From positions 163,680,001 to 163,744,000 of the forward strand of contig OZ024742.1 in assembly GCA_964016885.1 (NCBI GenBank): DNA of 64,000 nt, in the 5' to 3' direction. A program made the translations under genes and the position numbers. The DNA is from Eledone cirrhosa. Lineage: Eukaryota. The notes under the pieces were generated by a model. The model worked only from the letters and a program-made list of their open reading frames with translations. It was not told where the DNA came from and did no database searches. Below, piece after piece: positions 1 to 13,103 of this stretch (the stretch's first letter is position 1; every line of letters starts with the position of its first letter).

Positions 1-3000
1 GATTTTTTTTTACAAATTATCTCCCCCTGATTTTTTTTTACAAATTATCTCCCCGTGATTTTTTTTACAAATTATCTCCCCCTGATTTTTTTTTTACAAA
101 TTATCTCCGCCTGATTTTTTTTTAAAATTATCTCTGCTTGGACGGCTGGATATTATCTCCCCTTTCATTTTTTTTACAAATTATCTCCCCCTGATTTTTT
201 TTTACAAATTATCTACCCCTGATTTTTTTTTACAAATTATCTCCCCCTGATTTTTTTTACAAATTATCTCCCCCTGATTTTTTTTTTACAAATTATCTCC
301 CCCTGATTTTTTTACAAATTATCTCCCCCTGATTTTTTTTACAAATTATCTCCGCCTGATTTTTTTAAATATTATCTTACCTTGGCTGGCGGGAAATTAT
401 CTCCCCTTGGACGGCTGAAAATTATCTCCCCTTGGACGGCTGGAAATTATCTCCCCTTGATTTTTTTTACAAATTATCTCCCCCTGATTTTTTTTTACAA
501 ATTATCTCCCCCTGATTTTTTTTTACAAATTATCTCCCCTGATTTTTTTTTACAAATTATCTCCCCCTGATTTTTTTACAAATTATCTCCCCCTGATTTT
601 TTTACAAATTATCTCCCCTTGGATGGCTGGAAATTATCTCCCCTTGGAGGCTGGAATTTATCTCCCCTTGGACAGCTAGAAATTACCTCTCCTTGCACGG
701 CTGGAAAATATGTCCTTGGACGGCTGGATATTATCTACCCTTGGACGGCTGGAAATTATCTCCCCTTGGACGGCTGGAAATTATCTCCCCTTGGACGGCT
801 AGATATTACCTCCCCTTGGACGGCTGGAAATTATCTCCCCTTGATTTATTTTACAAATTATCTCCCCCTGATATTTTTTTACAAATTATCTCCCCCTGAT
901 TTTTTTGTACAGATTATCTACCCCTGATTTTTTTTTACAAATTATCTCCCCCTGATTTTTTTTTACAAATTATCTCCTCCTGATTTTTTTTACAAATTAT
1001 CTCCCTGATTTTTTACAAATTATCTCCCCCTGATTTTTTTACAAATTATCTTCCCTTGGCTGGCGGGAAATTATCTCCCCTTGGACGGCTGGAAATTTTC
1101 TTCCCTTGCACGGCTGGAAATTATCTCCCCTTGGTCGGCTAGAAATTACCTCTCCTTGGACGGCTGAAAATTATCTCCCCTTGGACGGCTGGAAATTATC
1201 TCCCCTTGGAAGGCTGGAAATTATCTCCCCTTGGACGGCTGGAAATTATCTCCCCTTGCACGGCTGGAAATTATCTCCCCTTGGACAGCTGGAAATTATC
1301 TGCCCTTGATTTTGTTTTTACAAATTATCTCCCCCTGATTTTTTTTACAAATTATCTACACCTGATTTTTTAAAAAATTATCTCCCCTTGGACGGCTGGA
1401 AATTATCTCCCCTTGGACGGCTAGAAATTATCTCTCTTTGGACGGCTGGAAATTATCTCCCTTTGATTTTTTTTACAAATTATTTCCCTCTGATTTTTTT
1501 TACAAATTGCCCCCTGATTTTTTAAAAAAAATTATCTCCCCTTCGCTGGCTGGAAATTATCTCCCCTTGGACACTGGAAATTATAGCCCCTTGGAGGGCT
1601 GGAAATTATCTTCCCTTGGACGGCTGGAAATTATCTCCCCTTGATTTTTTTTACAAATTATCTCCCCCTGATTTTTTTTACAAATTATCTCCCCCTGATT
1701 TTTTTTTACAAATTATCTCCGCCTGATTTTTTTTTTAAATTATCTCTCCTTGGACGGCTGGAAATTATCTCCCCTTGATTTTTTTTACAAATCATCTCCC
1801 CCTGATTTTTTTTACAAATTATCTCCCCCTGATTTTTTTTTACAAATTATCTACCCCTGATTTTTTTTTACAAATTATCTCCCCCTAATTTTTTTTACAA
1901 ATTATCTCCCCCTGATTTTTTTTACAAATTATCTCCCCCTGATTTTTTTACAAATTATCTCCCCCTGATTTTTTTTACAAATTATCTCCGCCTAATTTTT
2001 TTAAATATTATCTCCCCTTGGACGGCTGAAAATTATCTCCCCCTGATTTTTTTTACAAATCATCTCCCCCTGATTTTTTTTTACAAATTATCTCCCCCTG
2101 ATATTTTTTACAAATTATCTCCCCCTGATTTTTTTACAAATTATCTCCCCTTGGCTGGCTGGAAATTATCTCCCCTTGGAGGCTGGAATTTATCTCCCCT
2201 TGGACGGCTAGAAATTACCTCGCCTTGGACGGCTGGAAAATGTCTCCTTGGACGGCTGGAAATTATCTCCCCTTGGACGGCTGGAAATTATCTCCCCTTG
2301 GACGGCTAGATATTACCTCCCCTTGGACGGCTGGAAATTATCTCCCCTTGATTTTTTTTACAAATTATCTCCCCCTGATTTTTTTTTACAAATTATCTCC
2401 CCCTGATTTTTTTTACGAATTATCTCCCCCTGATTTTTTTTTACAAATTATCTCCGCCTGATTTTTTTTTTAAAATTATCTCCCCTTGGACGGCTGGAAA
2501 TTATCTCCCCTTGGACGGCTGGAAATTATCTCCCCTTGGACGGCTAGAAATTACCTCTCCTTGGACGGCTGAAAATTATCTCCCCTTGGACGGCTGCAAA
2601 TTATCTCCCCTTGATTTTTTTAACAAATTATCTCCCCCTGATTTTTTTTTACAAATTATCTCCCCCTGATTTTTTTTTACAAATTATCTACGCCTAAATT
2701 TTTTTACAAATTATCTCCCCCTGATTTTTTTTTACAAATTATCTCCCCCTGATTTTTTTTTACAAATTATCTCCCCCTGATTTTTTTTACAATCTCCGCC
2801 TGATTTTTTTAAAAATTATCTTTCCTTGGCTGGCGGGAAATTATCTCCCCTTGGACGGCTGGAAATTATATCGCCTTGGAAGGATGGAAATTATCTCCCC
2901 TTGGACGGCTGGAAATTATCTCCCCTTGGACGGCTGGAAATTATCTGCCCTTGATTTTGTTTTTACAAATTATCTCCCCCTGATTTTTTTTACAAATTAT

Positions 3001-3676
3001 CTCCACCTGATTTTTTTAAAAATTATCTCCCCTTGGACGGCTGGAAATTATCTCCCCTTGATTTTTTTTACAAATTATCTCCCCCTGATTTTTTTTTACA
3101 AATTATCTCCCCCTGATTTTTTTTTACAAATTATCTTCGCCTGATTTTTTAAAAAAATTATCTCTCCTTGGACGGCTGGATATTATCTCCCCTTTCATTT
3201 TTTTTACAAATTATCTCCCCCTGATATTTTTTTACAAATTATCTCCCCCTGATTTTTTTTTACAAATTATCTACCCCTGATTTTTTTTTACAAATTATCT
3301 CCCCCTGATTTTTTTTACAAATTATCTCCCCCTGATTTTTTTTACAAATTATCTCCCCCTGATTTTTTTACAAATTATCTCCCCCTGATTTTTTTTACAA
3401 ATTATCTCCGCCTGATTTTTTTAAATATTATCTTCCCTTGGCTGGCGGGAAATTATCTCCCCTTGGACGGCTGAAAATTATCTCCCCTTGGACGGCTGGA
3501 AATTATCTCCCCTTGATTTTTTTTACAAATTATCTTCCCCTGATTTTTTTTTACAAATTATCTCCCCCTGATTTTTTTTTACAAATTATCTCCCCCTGAT
3601 TTTTTTTTACAAATTATCTCCCCCTGATTTTTTTTACAAATTATCTCCCCATGATTTTTTTACAAATTATCTCCCC

Positions 3677-5754
3677 TTGGACGGCTAGATATTACCTCCC
3701 CTTGGACGGCTGGAAATTATCTCCCCTTGATTTTTTTTACAAATTATCTCCCCCTGATTTTTTTTACAAATTATCTCCCCCTGATTTTTTTACAAATTAT
3801 CTCTCCCTGATTTTTTTTACAAATTATCTCCGCCTAATTTTTTTAAATATTATCTTACCTTGGCTGGCGGGAAATTATCTCCCCTTGGACGGCTGAAAAT
3901 TATCTCCCCTTGGACGGCTGGAAATTATCTCCCCTTGATTTTTTTTACAAATTATCTCCCCCTGATTATTTTTTACAAATTATCTCTCCCTGATTTTTTT
4001 TTACAAATTATCTCCCCCTGATTTTTTTTACAAATTATCTCCCCCTGATCTTTTTACAAATTATCTCCCCTTGGCTGGCTGGAAATTATCTCCCCTTGGA
4101 GGCTGGAATTCATCTCCCCTTGGACGGCTAGAAATTACCTCTCCTTGGACGGCTGGAAAATATGTCTCCTTGGACGGCTGGAAATTATCTCCCCTTGGAC
4201 GGCTGGAAATTATCTCCCCTTGGACGGCTGGAAATTATCTCCCCTTGATTTTTGTTACAAATTATCTCCCCCTGATTTTTTTTTACAAATTAGCTCCCCC
4301 TGATTTTTTTTTACAAATTATCTCCCCCTGATATTTTTTACAAATTATCTCCCCCTGATTTTTTTACAAATTATCTCCCCTTGGCTGGCTGGAAATTATC
4401 TCCCCTTGGAGGCTGGAATTTATCTCCCCTTGGACGGCTAGAAATTACCTCTCCTTGGACGGCTAGAAAATATGTCTCCTTGGACGGCTGGAAATTATCT
4501 CCCCTTGGACGGCTGGAAATTATCTCCTCTTGGACGGCTGGAAATTATCTCCCCTTGGGCGGCTAGATATTACCTCCCCTTGGACGGCTGGAAATTATCT
4601 CCCCTTGATTTTTTTTACAAATTATCTCCCCCTGATTTTTTTTACAAATTATCTCCCCCTGATTTTTTTTTACGAATTATCTCCGCCTGATTTTTTTTTT
4701 CAAATGATCTCCCCTTGGACGGCTGGAAATTATCTCCCCTTGGACGGCTGGAAATTATCTCCCCTTGGACGGCTAGAAATTACCTCTCCTTGGACGGCTG
4801 AAAATTATCTCCCCTTGGACGGCTGCAAATTATCTCCCCTTGATTTTTTTAACAAATTATCTCCCCCTGATTTTTTTTACAAATTATCTCCCCCTGATTT
4901 TTTTTACAAATTATCTACGCCTAATTTTTTTTACAAACTATCTCCCCCTGATTTTTTTTTACAAATTATCTCCCCCTGATTTTTTTTTACAAATTATCTC
5001 CCCCTGATTTTTTTTTACAAATTATCTCCCCCCTGATTTTTTTTACAATCTCCGCCTGATTTTTTTTAAAATTATCTTCCCTTGGCTGGCGGGAAATTAT
5101 CTCCCCTTGGACGGCTGGAAATTATATCCCCTTGGAAGGATGGAAATTATCTCCCCTTGGACGGCTGGAAATTATCTCCCCTTGGACGGCTGGAAATTAT
5201 CTCCCCTTGGACAGCTGGAAATTATCTGCCCTTGATTTTGTTTTTACAAATTATCTCCACCTGATTTTTTTTTACAAATTATCTCCCCCTGATTTTTTTT
5301 TTACAAATTATCTCCCCTTGATTTTTTTACAAATTATCTCCCCCTGATTTTTTTTACAAATTATCTCCGCCTGATTTTTTTAAATATTATCTTCCCTTGG
5401 CTGGCGGGAAATTATCTCCCCTTGGACGGCTGAAAATTATCTCCCCTTGGACGGCTGGAAATTATCTCCCCCTGATTTTTTTTTACAAATTATCTCCCCC
5501 TGATTTTTTTTTACAAATTATCTCCCCCTGATTTTTTTTACAAATTATCTCCCCCTGATTTTTTTACAAATTATCTCCCCTTGGCTGGCTGGAAATTATC
5601 TCCCCTTGGAGGCTGGAATTTATCTCCCCTTGGACGGATAGAAATTACCTCTCCTTGGACGGCTGGACAATATGTCTCCTTGGACGGCTGGAAATTATCT
5701 CCCCTTGGACGGCTGGAAATTATCTCCCCTTGGACGGCTAGATATTACCTCCCC
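3677..5754 (+). repeat. 2,078 bp higher-order unit, copy 1
   Basis: Identical ORF translations at a constant 2,078 offset (4071/6149, 4381/6459, 5082/7160, 5581/7659). Starts at the variant monomer TTGGACGGCTAGATATTACCTCCCC. Confidence 0.93.
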
Positions 5755-7832
5755 TTGGACGGCTAGATATTACCTCCCCTTGGACGGCTGGAAATTATCT
5801 CCCCTTGATTTTTTTTACAAATTATCTCCCCCTGATTTTTTTTACAAATTATCTCCCCCTGATTTTTTTACAAATTATCTCTCCCTGATTTTTTTTACAA
5901 ATTATCTCCGCCTAATTTTTTTAAATATTATCTTACCTTGGCTGGCGGGAAATTATCTCCCCTTGGACGGCTGAAAATTATCTCCCCTTGGACGGCTGGA
6001 AATTATCTCCCCTTGATTTTTTTTACAAATTATCTCCCCCTGATTATTTTTTACAAATTATCTCTCCCTGATTTTTTTTTACAAATTATCTCCCCCTGAT
6101 TTTTTTTACAAATTATCTCCCCCTGATCTTTTTACAAATTATCTCCCCTTGGCTGGCTGGAAATTATCTCCCCTTGGAGGCTGGAATTCATCTCCCCTTG
6201 GACGGCTAGAAATTACCTCTCCTTGGACGGCTGGAAAATATGTCTCCTTGGACGGCTGGAAATTATCTCCCCTTGGACGGCTGGAAATTATCTCCCCTTG
6301 GACGGCTGGAAATTATCTCCCCTTGATTTTTGTTACAAATTATCTCCCCCTGATTTTTTTTTACAAATTAGCTCCCCCTGATTTTTTTTTACAAATTATC
6401 TCCCCCTGATATTTTTTACAAATTATCTCCCCCTGATTTTTTTACAAATTATCTCCCCTTGGCTGGCTGGAAATTATCTCCCCTTGGAGGCTGGAATTTA
6501 TCTCCCCTTGGACGGCTAGAAATTACCTCTCCTTGGACGGCTAGAAAATATGTCTCCTTGGACGGCTGGAAATTATCTCCCCTTGGACGGCTGGAAATTA
6601 TCTCCTCTTGGACGGCTGGAAATTATCTCCCCTTGGGCGGCTAGATATTACCTCCCCTTGGACGGCTGGAAATTATCTCCCCTTGATTTTTTTTACAAAT
6701 TATCTCCCCCTGATTTTTTTTACAAATTATCTCCCCCTGATTTTTTTTTACGAATTATCTCCGCCTGATTTTTTTTTTCAAATGATCTCCCCTTGGACGG
6801 CTGGAAATTATCTCCCCTTGGACGGCTGGAAATTATCTCCCCTTGGACGGCTAGAAATTACCTCTCCTTGGACGGCTGAAAATTATCTCCCCTTGGACGG
6901 CTGCAAATTATCTCCCCTTGATTTTTTTAACAAATTATCTCCCCCTGATTTTTTTTACAAATTATCTCCCCCTGATTTTTTTTACAAATTATCTACGCCT
7001 AATTTTTTTTACAAATTATCTCCCCCTGATTTTTTTTTACAAATTATCTCCCCCTGATTTTTTTTTACAAATTATCTCCCCCTGATTTTTTTTTACAAAT
7101 TATCTCCCCCCTGATTTTTTTTACAATCTCCGCCTGATTTTTTTAAAAATTATCTTCCCTTGGCTGGCGGGAAATTATCTCCCCTTGGACGGCTGGAAAT
7201 TATATCCCCTTGGAAGGATGGAAATTATCTCCCCTTGGACGGCTGGAAATTATCTCCCCTTGGACGGCTGGAAATTATCTCCCCTTGGACAGCTGGAAAT
7301 TATCTGCCCTTGATTTTGTTTTTACAAATTATCTCCACCTGATTTTTTTTTACAAATTATCTCCCCCTGATTTTTTTTTTACAAATTATCTCCCCTTGAT
7401 TTTTTTACAAATTATCTCCCCCTGATTTTTTTTACAAATTATCTCCGCCTGATTTTTTTAAATATTATCTTCCCTTGGCTGGCGGGAAATTATCTCCCCT
7501 TGGACGGCTGAAAATTATCTCCCCTTGGACGGCTGGAAATTATCTCCCCCTGATTTTTTTTTACAAATTATCTCCCCCTGATTTTTTTTTACAAATTATC
7601 TCCCCCTGATTTTTTTTACAAATTATCTCCCCCTGATTTTTTTACAAATTATCTCCCCTTGGCTGGCTGGAAATTATCTCCCCTTGGAGGCTGGAATTTA
7701 TCTCCCCTTGGACGGATAGAAATTACCTCTCCTTGGACGGCTGGACAATATGTCTCCTTGGACGGCTGGAAATTATCTCCCCTTGGACGGCTGGAAATTA
7801 TCTCCCCTTGGACGGCTAGATATTACCTCCCC
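5755..7832 (+). repeat. 2,078 bp higher-order unit, copy 2 (direct tandem duplicate)
   Basis: Shares rare variants with copy 1 (GGAATTCATC, GGACGGATAGA, GGACAATATG, TTTTCAAATGATC). The junction is marked by a doubled variant monomer at 5730-5779. A visible difference is C4938 vs T7016. Confidence 0.93.
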
Positions 7833-10800
7833 TTGGACGGCTGGAAATTATCTCCCCTTGATTTTTTTTACAAATTATCTCCCCCTGATTTTTTTTACAA
7901 ATTATCTCCACCTGATTTTTTTACAAATTATCTCCCCCTGATTTTTTTTACAAATTATCTCCGCCTAATTTTTTAAATATTATCTTCCCTTGGCTGGCGG
8001 GAAATTATCTCCCCTTGGACGGCTGAAAATTATCTCCCCTTGGACGGCTGGAAATTATCTCCCCTTGATTTTTTTTACAAATTATCTCCCCCTGATTTTT
8101 TTTTACAAATTATCTCCCCCTGATTTTTTTTACAAATTATCTCCCCCTGATTTTTTATTACAAATTATCTCCCACTGATTTTTTTACAAATTATCTCCCC
8201 TTGGCTGGCTGGAAATTATCTCCCCTTGGAGGCTGGAATTTATCTCCCCTTGGACGGCTAGAAATTACCTCTCCTTGGACGGCTGGAAAATATGTCCTTG
8301 GACGGCTGGATATTATCTACACTTGGACGGCTGGAAATTATCTCCCCTTGGACGGCTGGAAATTATCTCCCCTTGGACGGCTAGATATTACCTCCCCTTG
8401 GACGGCTGGAAATTATCTCCCCTTGATTTTTTTTACAAATTATCTCCCCCTGATTTTTTTTTACAAATCTCCTAATGATTTTTTAAAAAAAATTATCTCC
8501 CCTTCGCTGGCTGGAAATTATCTCCCCTTGGACGCTGGAAATTATAGCCCCTTGGAGAGCTGGAAATTATCTTCCCTTGGACGGCTGGAAATTATCTCCC
8601 CTTGATTTTTTTTACAAATTGTCTACCCCTGATTTTTTTTTACAAATTATCTCCCCCTGATTTTTTTTACAAATTATCTCCCCCTGATTTTTTTACAAAT
8701 TATCTCCCCCTGATTTTTTTACAAATTATCTCCCCCTGATTTTTTTTACAAATTATCTCCGCCTAATTTTTTTAAATATTATCTTTCCTTGGCTGGCGGG
8801 AAATTATCTCCCCTTGGACGGCTGAAAATTATCTCCCCTTGGACGGCTGGAAATTATCTCCCCTTGATTTTTTTTACAAATAATCTCCCCCTGATTATTT
8901 TTTACAAATTATCTCCCCCTGATTTTTTTTTACAAATTATCTCCCCCTGATTTTTTTTTACAAATTATCTCCTCCTGATATTTTTTACAAATTATCTCCC
9001 CCTGATTTTTTTACAAATTATCTCCCCTTGGCTGGCTGGAAATTATCTCCCCTTGGAGGCTGGAATTTATCTCCCCTTGGACGGCTAGAAATTACCTCTC
9101 CTTGGACGGCTAGAAAATATGTCTCCTTGGACGGCTGGAAATTATCTCCCCTTGGACGGCTGGAAATTATCTCCTCTTGGACGGCTGGAAATTATCTCCC
9201 CTTGGGCGGCTAGATATTACCTCCCCTTGGACGGCTGGAAATTATCTCCCCTTGATTTTTTTTACAAATTATCTCCCCCTGATTTTTTTTACAAATTATC
9301 TCCCCCTGATTTTTTTTTACGAATTATCTCCGCCTGATTTTTTTTTAAATGATCTCCCCTTGGACGGCTGGAAATTATCTCCCCTTGGACGGCTGGAAAT
9401 TATCTCCCCTTGGACGGCTAGAAATTACCTCTCCTTGGACGGCTGAAAATTATCTCCCCTTGGACGGCTGCAAATTATCTCCCCTTGATTTTTTTAACAA
9501 ATTATCTCCCCCTGATTTTTTTTACAAATTATCTCCCCCTGATTTTTTTTACAAATTATCTACGCCTAATTTTTTTTACAAATTATCTCCCCCTGATTTT
9601 TTTTTACAAATTATCTCCCCTTGGACGGCTGGAAATTATCTCCCCTTGGACGGCTGGAAATTATCTCCCCTTGGACAGCTGGAAATTATCTGCCCTTGAT
9701 TTTGTTTTTACAAATTATCTCCCCCTGATTTTTTTTTACAAATTATCTCCCCCTGATTTTTTTTTTACAAATTATCTCCCCCTGATTTTTTTACAAATTA
9801 TCTCCCCCTGATTTTTTTTACAAATTATCTCCGCCTGATTTTTTTTTTAAAATGATCTCCCCTTGGACGGCTGGAAATTATCTCCCCTTGGGCGGCTGGA
9901 AATTATCTCCCCTTGGACGGCTAGAAATTACCTCTCCTTGGACGGCTGAAAATTATCTCCCCTTGGACGGCTGTAAATTATCTCCCCTTGATTTTTTTAA
10001 CAAATTATCTCCCCCTGATTTTTTTTACAAATTATCTACGCCTAATTTTTTTTACAAATTATCTCCCCTTGATTTTTTTTTACAAATTATCTCCCCCTGA
10101 TTTTTTTAACAAATTATCTCCCCCTGATTTTTTTTACAAATTATCTCCCCCTGATTTTTTTTACAAATTATCTACGCCTAATTTTTTTTACAAATTATCT
10201 CCCCTTGATTTTTTTTTACAAATTATCTCCCCCTGATTTTTTTTACAAATTATCTCCCCCTGATTTTTTTTTACAAATTATCTCCCCCCTGATTTTTTTT
10301 ACAATCTCCGCCTGATTTTTTTAAAAATTATCTTCCCTTGGCTGGCGGGAAATTATCTCCCCTTGGACGGCTGGAAATTATATCCCCTTGGAAGGATGGA
10401 AATTATCTCCCCTTGGACGGCTGGAAATTATCTCCCCTTGGACGGCTGGAAATTATCTCCCCTTGGACAGCTGGAAATTATCTGCCCTTGATTTTGTTTT
10501 TACAAATTATCTCCCCCTGATTTTTTTTACAAATTATCTCCACCTGATTTTTTAAAAAATTATCTCCCCTTGGACGGCAGTAAATTATCTCTCCTTGGCT
10601 GGAAATTAACTCCCCTTGGACGGCTAGAAATTATCTCTATTTGGACGGCTGGAAATTATCTCCCTTTGATTTTTTTTACAAATTATCTCCCCCTGATTTT
10701 TTTTTTAAATTATCTCTCCTTGGACGGTTGGAAATTATCTCCCCTTGATTTTTTTTACAAATTATCTCCCCCTGATTTTTTTTTACAAATTATCTCCCCC

Positions 10801-12879
10801 TGATTTTTTTTTACAAATTATCTACCCCTGATTTTTTTTTACAAATTATCTCCCCCTGATTTTTTTTACAAATTATCTCCCCCTGATTTTTTTACAAATT
10901 ATCTCCCCCTGATTTTTTTTACAAATTATCTCCGCCTAATTTTTTTAAATATTATCTTGCCTTGGCTGGCGGGAAATTATCTCCCCTTGGACGGCTGAAA
11001 ATTATCTCCCCTTGGACGGCTGGAAATTATCTCCCCTTGGAGGCTGGAATTTATCTCCCCTTGGACGGCAAGAAATTACCTCTCCTTGGACGGCTGGAAA
11101 ATATGTCTCCTTGGACGGCTGGAAATTATCTCCCCTTGGACGGCTGGAAATTATCTCCCCTTGGACGGCTGGAAATTATCTCTCCTCGGACGGCTAGAAA
11201 TTACCTCTCCTTGGACGGCTGAAAATTATCTCCCCTTGGACGGCTGGAAATTATCTCCCCTTGATTTTTTCACAAATTATCTCCCCCTGATTTTTTTTTA
11301 CAAATTATCTCCCCCTGATATTTTTTACAAATTATCTTCCCCTGATTTTTTTACAAATTATCTCCCCTTGGCTGGCTGGAAATTATCTCCCCTTGGAGGC
11401 TGGAATTTATCTCCCCTTGGACGGCTAGAAATTACCTCGCCTTGGACGGCTGGAAAATATGTCTCCTTGGACGGCTGGAAATTATCTCTTCTTGGACGGC
11501 TGGAAATGATCTCCCCTTGGACGGCTAGATATTACCTCCCCTTGGACGGCTGGAAATTATCTCCCCTTGATTTTTTTTACAAATTAGCTCCCCCTGATTT
11601 TTTTTTACAAATTATCTCCCCCTGATTTTTTTTTACGAATTATCTCCCCCTGATTTTTTTTTACAAATTATCTCCGCCTGATTTTTTTTTTAAAATTATC
11701 TCCCCTTGGACGGCTGGAAATTATCTCCCCTTGGACGGCTGGAAATTATCTCCCCTTGGACGGCTAGAAGTTACCTCTCCTTGGACGGCTGAAAATTATC
11801 TCCCCTTGGACGGCTGCAAATTATCTCCCCTTGATTTTTTTAACAAATTATCTCCCCCTGATTTTTTCTTACAAATTATCTCCCCCTGATTTTTATTTAC
11901 AAATTATCTACGCCTAATTTTTTTTACAAATTATCTCCCCCTGATTTTTTTTTACAAATTATCTCCCCCTGATTTTTTTTTACAAATTATCTCCCCCTGA
12001 TTTTTTTACAAATTATCTCCCCCCTGATTTTTATTACAATCTCCGCCTGATTTTTTAAAAAATTATCTTCCCTTGGCTGGCGGGAAATTATCTCCCCTTG
12101 GACGGCTGGAAATTATATCCCCTTGGAAGGATGGAAATTAACTCCCCTTGGACGGCTGGAAATTATCTCCCCTTGGACGGCTGGAAATTATCTCCCCTTG
12201 GACAGCTGGAAATTATCTGCCCTTGATTTTGTTTTTACAAATTATCTCCCCCTGATTTTTTTTACAAATTATCTCCAACTGATTTTTAAAAAAATTATCT
12301 CCCCTTGGACGGCTGGAAATTATCTCCCCTTGGACGGCTAGAAATTATCTCTCTTTGGACGGCTGGAAATTATCTCCCCTTGGACGGCTAGAAATTATCT
12401 CTCTTTGGACGGCTGGAAATTATCTCCCTTTGATTTTTTTTACAAATTTCCCCCTGATTTTTAAAAAAAAATTATCTCCCCTTCGCTGGCTGGAAATTAT
12501 CTCCCCTTGGACACTGGAAATTATAGCCCCTTGGAGGGCTGGAAATTATCTTCCCTTGGACGGCTGGAAATTATCTCCCCTTGATTTTTTTTACAAATAA
12601 TCTCCCCCTGATTTTTTTTTACAAATTATCTCCCCCTGATTTTTTTTTACAAATTATCTCCGCCTGATTTTTTTTTTAAATTATCTCTCCTTGGACGGCT
12701 GGAAATTATCTCCACTTGATTTTTTTTACAAATCATCTCCCCCTGATTTTTTTTTACAAATTATCTCCCCCTGATTTTTTTTTACAAATTATCTTCCCCT
12801 GATTTTTTTTTACAAATTATCTCCCCATGATTTTTTTTACAAATTATCTCCCCATGATTTTTTTACAAATTATCTCCCC

Positions 12880-13103
12880 TTGGCTGGCTGGAAATTATCT
12901 CCCCTTGGAGGCTGGAATTTATCTCCCCTTGGACGGCTAGAAATTACCTCTCCTTGGACGGCTGGAAAATATGTCTCCTTGGACGGCTGGATATTATCTA
13001 CCCTTGGACGGCTGGAAATTATCTCCCCTTGGACGGCTGGAAATTATCTCCCCTTGGACGGCTAGATATTACCTCCCCTTGGACGGCTGGAAATTATCTC
13101 CCC
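12880..13103 (+). repeat. Example of type-A cassette X (TTGGCTGGCTGG / 24 bp TTGGAGGCTGGAATTT / CTAGAAATTACCTCTCC / GGAAAATATGTCTCC / ... / CTAGATATTACC / consensus)
   Basis: The same ordered series of variant monomers recurs at 4381, 5581, 9028, 11368, 13831, 17272, 19856, 28481, 31909 and elsewhere. Confidence 0.9.

Noticed and set aside
1-360. Intrinsic or Pol III terminators at T7-10 runs
   Set aside because: No strong GC hairpin precedes the T runs and there is no upstream gene or A/B-box promoter. The runs are part of monomer B.
4381-4605. NF-kB/Rel sites in GGAAATTATCTCCCC
   Set aside because: The resemblance is superficial; spacing does not fit the 10-11 bp GGGRNWYYCC consensus on either strand.
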